From Phyllobates terribilis (lineage: Eukaryota), in contig NW_027362772.1 in the NCBI RefSeq assembly GCF_046119375.1, forward strand, positions 279,248,001-279,312,000: a DNA stretch of 64,000 bases, in the 5' to 3' direction. Positions 58,782 to 64,000 of the stretch are shown here, one piece after another; position 1 is the first letter of the stretch, and the number at the start of each line of letters is the position of its first letter. A program made the translations under genes and the position numbers. A model generated the notes under the pieces. The model saw only the letters and a program-made list of their open reading frames with translations. It did not search any database and had not been told where the DNA came from.

Positions 58782-61700
58782 ATGGGGGCTGCGGAGGCGG
58801 ACAGGACCTTGTTCGTGGGGAATCTGGACCCGAGAGCTACGGAGGAGCTGCTGTTCGAGCTGTTCCTGCAGGTCCGGAAGCCTTTACTGTACCGGGGCAG
58901 GGATGGCTGCGGTTTCCGGCGCTGTCTGTAACGTGCCGTAAGGATGGCGGGCGTGTGCGCCGAGAGCTGCCAACTTCTGACTAATGCGAGTATATGCAGA
59001 ACGTGGCTGTTCTCCTACTGTCCACAAGATGGCAGAGTGTACTGTACTGTGAGCACTGGGGACAGCACAATGGCTGAGGCACTGCAAGGGAATTAGGCCA
59101 TGTTCACACCTTGCTTTTTTTACTGCGTTTTTTAATGTAACTTGAAATCTCATGCACACACTTGTTTTTATCTTTTTTTTTCCTGCAGCATGTCCATTCT
59201 TCCACTGTTTTCGCAGCGTCTTTTCACCTATAGAAAGCAATGAGTGCAGCCGTCAGTTTTTGGTGAATAAATGCCGATATAGCAGGACGGCAAACACACT
59301 TCTTTTTCCCCAAATTTAATCCATTTTTTTTTTATGCAAATTCTATTAAATCCTTTTCTTTCTCCTGCCTCCAAGTACAGTTTAATGAAATTAGTGCAAT
59401 GTGTTTAAAGTTCGTGTCTCATTGCTTGAGTATCCACAGAGTATCGCGGGTGCTCGAGTGACACGCTCAAGTCCCCGCAGCCGCATGTTTCACTGCTGTA
59501 AAAAAAAAAAAAACATGCGGGGATTGCCTGCCAAACACAGGCAGTCCCTGCATTTTGTGGCTGTCTAACATGCGTGCGCCGGGACGTGAACATGATATTC
59601 GTGCGCCCTGGAGTAATGAGCTCTTGTGCTCATCACTACTGATTATGCTTTCAAGGTAGAAGCAAAGCTGAATTTTAGGATCCTGAAAAAGTCTGTAAAG
59701 CCTGCATTTTTTTTTTTACTAAGTGATACGGCTTTGGCTGCAAAAAAAAAAAAGCAGCATGTGAACATAGCCTAAGGCCTCCTTCATATATCCGTGTTTC
59801 CAATACGTGGTATATAATTTTTTTTCTTTTACTACCTGCCTGGCGGCGATTCAGCGGCTTCTGCTAACGTCATGTCGACAGAGCGGCGGCTTCTGCTAAC
59901 GTCATGTCGACAGAGCGGCGGCTTCTGCTAACGTCATGTCGACAGAGCGGCGGCTTCTGCTAACGTCATGTCGACAGAGCGGCGGCTTCTGCTAACGTCA
60001 TGTCGACAGAGCGGCGGCTTCTGCTAACGTCATGTCGACAGAGCGGCGGCTTCTGCTAACGTCATGTCGACAGAGCGGCGGCTTCTGCTAACGTCATGTC
60101 GACAGAGCGGCGGCTTCTGCTAACGTCATGTCGACAGAGCGGCGGCTTCTGCTAACGTCATGTCGACAGAGCGGCGGCTTCTGCTAACGTCATGTCGACA
60201 GAGCGGCGGCTTCTGCTAACGTCATGTCGACAGAGCGGCGGCTTCTGCTAACGTCATGTCGACAGAGCGGCGGCTTCTGCTAACGTCATGTCGACAGAGC
60301 GGCGGCTTCTGCTAACGTCATGTCGACAGAGCGGCGGCTTCTGCTAACGTCATGTCGACAGAGCGGCGGCTTCTGCTAACGTCATGTCGACAGAGCGGCG
60401 GCTTCTGCTAACGTCATGTCGACAGAGCGGCGGCTTCTGCTAACGTCATGTCGACAGAGCGGCGGCCTCTGCTAACGTCATGTCGACAGAGCGGCGGCCT
60501 CTGCTAGCGTCATGTCGACAGAGCGGCGGCCTCTGCTAGCGTCATGTCGACAGAGCGGCGGCCTCTGCTAGCGTCATGTCGACAGAGCGGCGGCCTCTGC
60601 TAGCGTCATGTCGACAGAGCGGCGGCCTCTGCTAGCGTCATGTCGACAGAGCGGCGGCCTCTGCTAGCGTCATGTCGACAGAGCGGCGGCCTCTGCTAGC
60701 GTCATGTCGACAGAGCGGCGGCCTCTGCTAGCGTCATGTCGACAGAGCGGCGGCCTCTGCTAGCGTCATGTCGACAGAGCGGCGGCCTCTGCTAGCGTCA
60801 TGTCGACAGAGCGGCGGCCTCTGCTAGCGTCATGTCGACAGAGCGGCGGCCTCTGCTAGCGTCATGTCGACAGAGCGGCGGCCTCTGCTAGCGTCATGTC
60901 GACAGAGCGGCGGCCTCTGCTAGCGTCATGTCGACAGAGCGGCGGCCTCTGCTAGCGTCATGTCGACAGAGCGGCGGCCTCTGCTAGCGTCATGTCGACA
61001 GAGCGGCGGCCTCTGCTAGCGTCATGTCGACAGAGCGGCGGCCTCTGCTAGCGTCATGTCGACAGAGCGGCGGCCTCTGCTAGCGTCATGTCGACAGAGC
61101 GGCGGCCTCTGCTAGCGTCATGTCGACAGAGCGGCGGCTTCTGCTAGCGTCATGTCGACAGAGCGGCGGCTTCTTTTTCGCTTATTGACCAAGATTTACT
61201 GCTGATGTCGTGGTGATTGACAGCCCGGCGCTGAGCTGTGGGGAGCCGTTTCGCCGGCGCCTGAGCTTCACACTGCACCGGCCTTACGTTATGTGAACTT
61301 TCTCTGAGTAATTATTTTGTTTTCTTTTTCCAGGCTGGTCCTGCATTAAATGTAAAAATCCCCAAGGACAAAGATGGCACTCCAAAATTATTTGCTTTTG
61401 TACAATTTAAGCATGAAGAATCTGTTCCCTATGGGATGAATCTGTTAAATGGAGTCAAACTATTTGGACGGCCTCTGAAAATCCAGTTCAGATCAGGTAC
61501 GCGGCCAGCGATTTGTGGACTGTCGTCTCACAAGAAGTTACTCTTTCCTTTCTTTTGATCAATTGTTGTTGTTCCAATTAAATCCCCTCCTTCCAAGACA
61601 AATATCATGTATGTATTTCATTGACCTAACCATACGGGTGGGCTGATCAGGTTACCGATAGCCTCCTTCTGTTTGACCACTTAGAAGCTAGAGACTGCAG

Positions 61701-63616
61701 CATCTCAGGGGTTAAGCTGCCGCAATTAGAGCTAACCAGACACGATACTCTTGTGGCGTCCTGCTCAACATCTTGAGCCACATTGGCCAATCTCGTGGCA
61801 CCTTCCAAACTACCGCAGACTGTGAGGTGTCTATCATGCCCTACATCTGCTATTGCAATCGATTTTTAATCTTGTGTTTTTAGGAAGCAGTCACGCCTCT
61901 CAAGAAGCAAATAGCGCAGCGTCCTCCCCACAAGGAAGCGGTAACTATTCTGGAAATGGTTCACCATCAAATGGCAACAGGTAAGATGAAGTTAGAGGAA
62001 CCAATAAGAACATGGCATTACCAGCAGGGACAGATACTATGCGAACGAGTGATGCCCCCATATAATATGTCCTATGATTGTCAGCAAATTGGCTCAGACT
62101 CAAAGTGAAAACAGGCGGCATGAATCAGAGGCCAGCTCCTGTTATTGCAGCTGTTTGTTTTACAGTAAATCTCTCTGGTGTTTCAGAGAAAACTTTCTTT
62201 GAGAAGCCGTCCGAGTGCGATCCAACTCCGATGGATGGGCCAAGGCCGACCTCAGACAACGCCTCCTTCCCGGCCTGTTTCCTCTGACACACAGCCGTGC
62301 CGTTGGCTACAATTGGAGAACGTTTGACATGTTAATTTGTATATTTTTTTCTAGATATGACTACAATTCCGATATGAGATACGACCACTCTCCTCCTGTT
62401 CAAAGCTATCAGAAACCGTACTCTTCTCCAGATGGGCTTCACAGACAAGCAATGGTGGGTGACTCTTCGATTGCTATCCCCACTTATGGCTTGACATCAA
62501 GACACCTGAGAGAGAAATATTATAATTGATATTGTTTAGTTTGGTTTTTCGTTTAATAGTAATGTTAAAGGAACGTAGCTTATAATGTACGAGCAGGGGA
62601 TGGGAGAGGATGCTGATGAAGGGACGGTTACATTTTGGTACTTTTCTTCTCCCGATTGGTCCAGTGGAAGGTTAAGAGCGTTGCCTGATGCACTCACTGT
62701 CGCTCATTACATTACTTGCCGAGATCTCCTGTTCCAGGGATGGTAGACTCTCACACAAAGATGCCAGTCATTCAGTTTTCATGGCAGGCTATACTTAAAT
62801 TACTCTAAAGGGACAACATAGAAGTGTAACAAGACCATTCACCTTGTAAGTACATCAATACTGCTGGCGCCTGTCCTGGATGTGGGAAGGAGCAATGGTG
62901 TGACATGTTTGGTGACAGTCACCGAATGGTAATAATGGCTGACGCAGCGTTCCATTTTTTCCATGGAGAATGTGTCTTTACTGCAACAGCTCAAGTACTG
63001 CAGCCAGAGTTATGCTCGGGTACAGTGGATTAGGATGGCACAAATGCCCGCTGCACATGCACCCCTCCTATTCATTAGTAATGCAGAGATTTAACTAGTC
63101 GAGGAGCAACTGTGTGGCGCAAGCAATATACAATCCCCAGATCCTGGCCGGACTAATGGCAATAAACACTGTGGCAAGTGCGACCGTGCCTATATCTAAT
63201 GGTGACCAAATATAAACAATGGAGTGGGCACTGCACTTGAGACACCTAACCTGATACTAGTTTAATTTTTTTTACCCTATTTTTTTTTTCCCCCTTAGGT
63301 GAATAGCTATTACAGACAAGGATCATCTCATGGTTCCAGCACAGACACAATGTCTTATTCCTCCTCCTCCTCAACAGCAAACTACCCACCCTATTACAGT
63401 CCATATAATCAAAGCTCCTCTCACTCTGCACCAATACGTCACGATTCCTCCTCCAGCCACCGAAAAATCCGGAGCCAATCCTCTCATCCTTATCCAAGCG
63501 ACGACTACCAGAGCAGCAGAGACTCTTACTACAGGGGCGGCCAGGAGGAGCACTACCACGACGGTCGCAGCTCTCATCAGAGGAAAGAGCCGCGATGGCG
63601 CCACTCTCACTATTAA
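58782..63616 (+). CDS. RBM7: RNA-binding protein 7 (NEXT complex RRM subunit); complete, 255 aa; join(58782..58871,61334..61496,61884..61980,62355..62454,63299..63616)
   Basis: MGAAEADRTLFVGNLDPRATEELLFELFLQ|AGPALNVKIPKDKDGTPKLFAFVQFKHEESVPYGMNLLNGVKLFGRPLKIQFRS|GSSHAS... matches the RBM7 N-terminal RRM. It has 5 GT-AG exons totalling 768 nt, and a Ser/Arg/Tyr-rich C-terminus ending RWRHSHY*. Confidence 0.96.
59853..61173. repeat. 32-bp minisatellite in RBM7 intron 1 (AGCGGCGGC(T/C)TCTGCTA(A/G)CGTCATGTCGACAG), ~41 copies in two homogeneous zones
   Basis: Direct tandem repetition; every unit contains GTCGAC. Confidence 0.98.
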
Positions 63617-64000
63617 ACGTGTTCACCTGTGAGGGGGCTGATCTGTGTGACCAGGTCTTATAATTGGGATCTAAAAGAAAATGTCCTTACCTTGGGTTTA
63701 ATACAAGGTTACATGAAACCTTGCATTAAACCTGTCCTGTATAACCTATTTTTTTAAGAAACATGGGGGTTTTTAAATAATTTTATTCAAAATATTGTAT
63801 TTGTTAAAGGAAAAAAAAATTGTTGTGGCCTATTCATGTAGCTACATATTGGTTATAATTAGGACTTTTTTGTAAGATGGTGACGTTAAGGCAGCCATAT
63901 TTTACAGTCTGTGTTACTGCAGCAATTCCAACCGCCTCATACATAAAGGATGGGTCAGTAGACAAGCGGTCCGAAACGGAAATTGCAGCCGTAACGCAGT

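Noticed and set aside
62612-62660. CTGATGAAGGGA...TCCCGA hammerhead-like start
   Set aside because: It lacks GAAA and stem III.

Overview
Vertebrate genomic DNA, most likely an anuran amphibian. The frog assignment is inferred from the gene sequences and the repeat landscape (TTAA-type MITEs, Tc1, CR1, L2). The window holds three spliced protein-coding genes, which I reconstructed by hand. (1) The 5' part of SLC37A4 (G6P translocase) on the minus strand, continuing off the left edge. (2) A complete HYOU1/GRP170 on the minus strand, with 24 coding exons giving 968 aa ending KTEL, a short non-coding exon 1, and an ERSE/ERSE-II/CRE promoter. (3) A complete RBM7 on the plus strand, with 5 exons giving 255 aa, divergent from HYOU1. 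The rest is mostly transposon-derived: a CR1 LINE, an L2 fragment, three near-full-length dead Tc1 elements plus a remnant, a solo LTR and many MITEs. There are also about ten GC-rich minisatellites, including 67 identical 36-mers in HYOU1 intron 1. All long repetitive ORFs in the supplied track are artefacts of these arrays, and there is no CRISPR array. The most unusual signal is a pair of Penelope-type minimal hammerhead-ribozyme motifs whose core carries a compensatory A3-U8 pair in place of the canonical C3-G8. No database searches or folding programs were run; coordinates were counted by eye.
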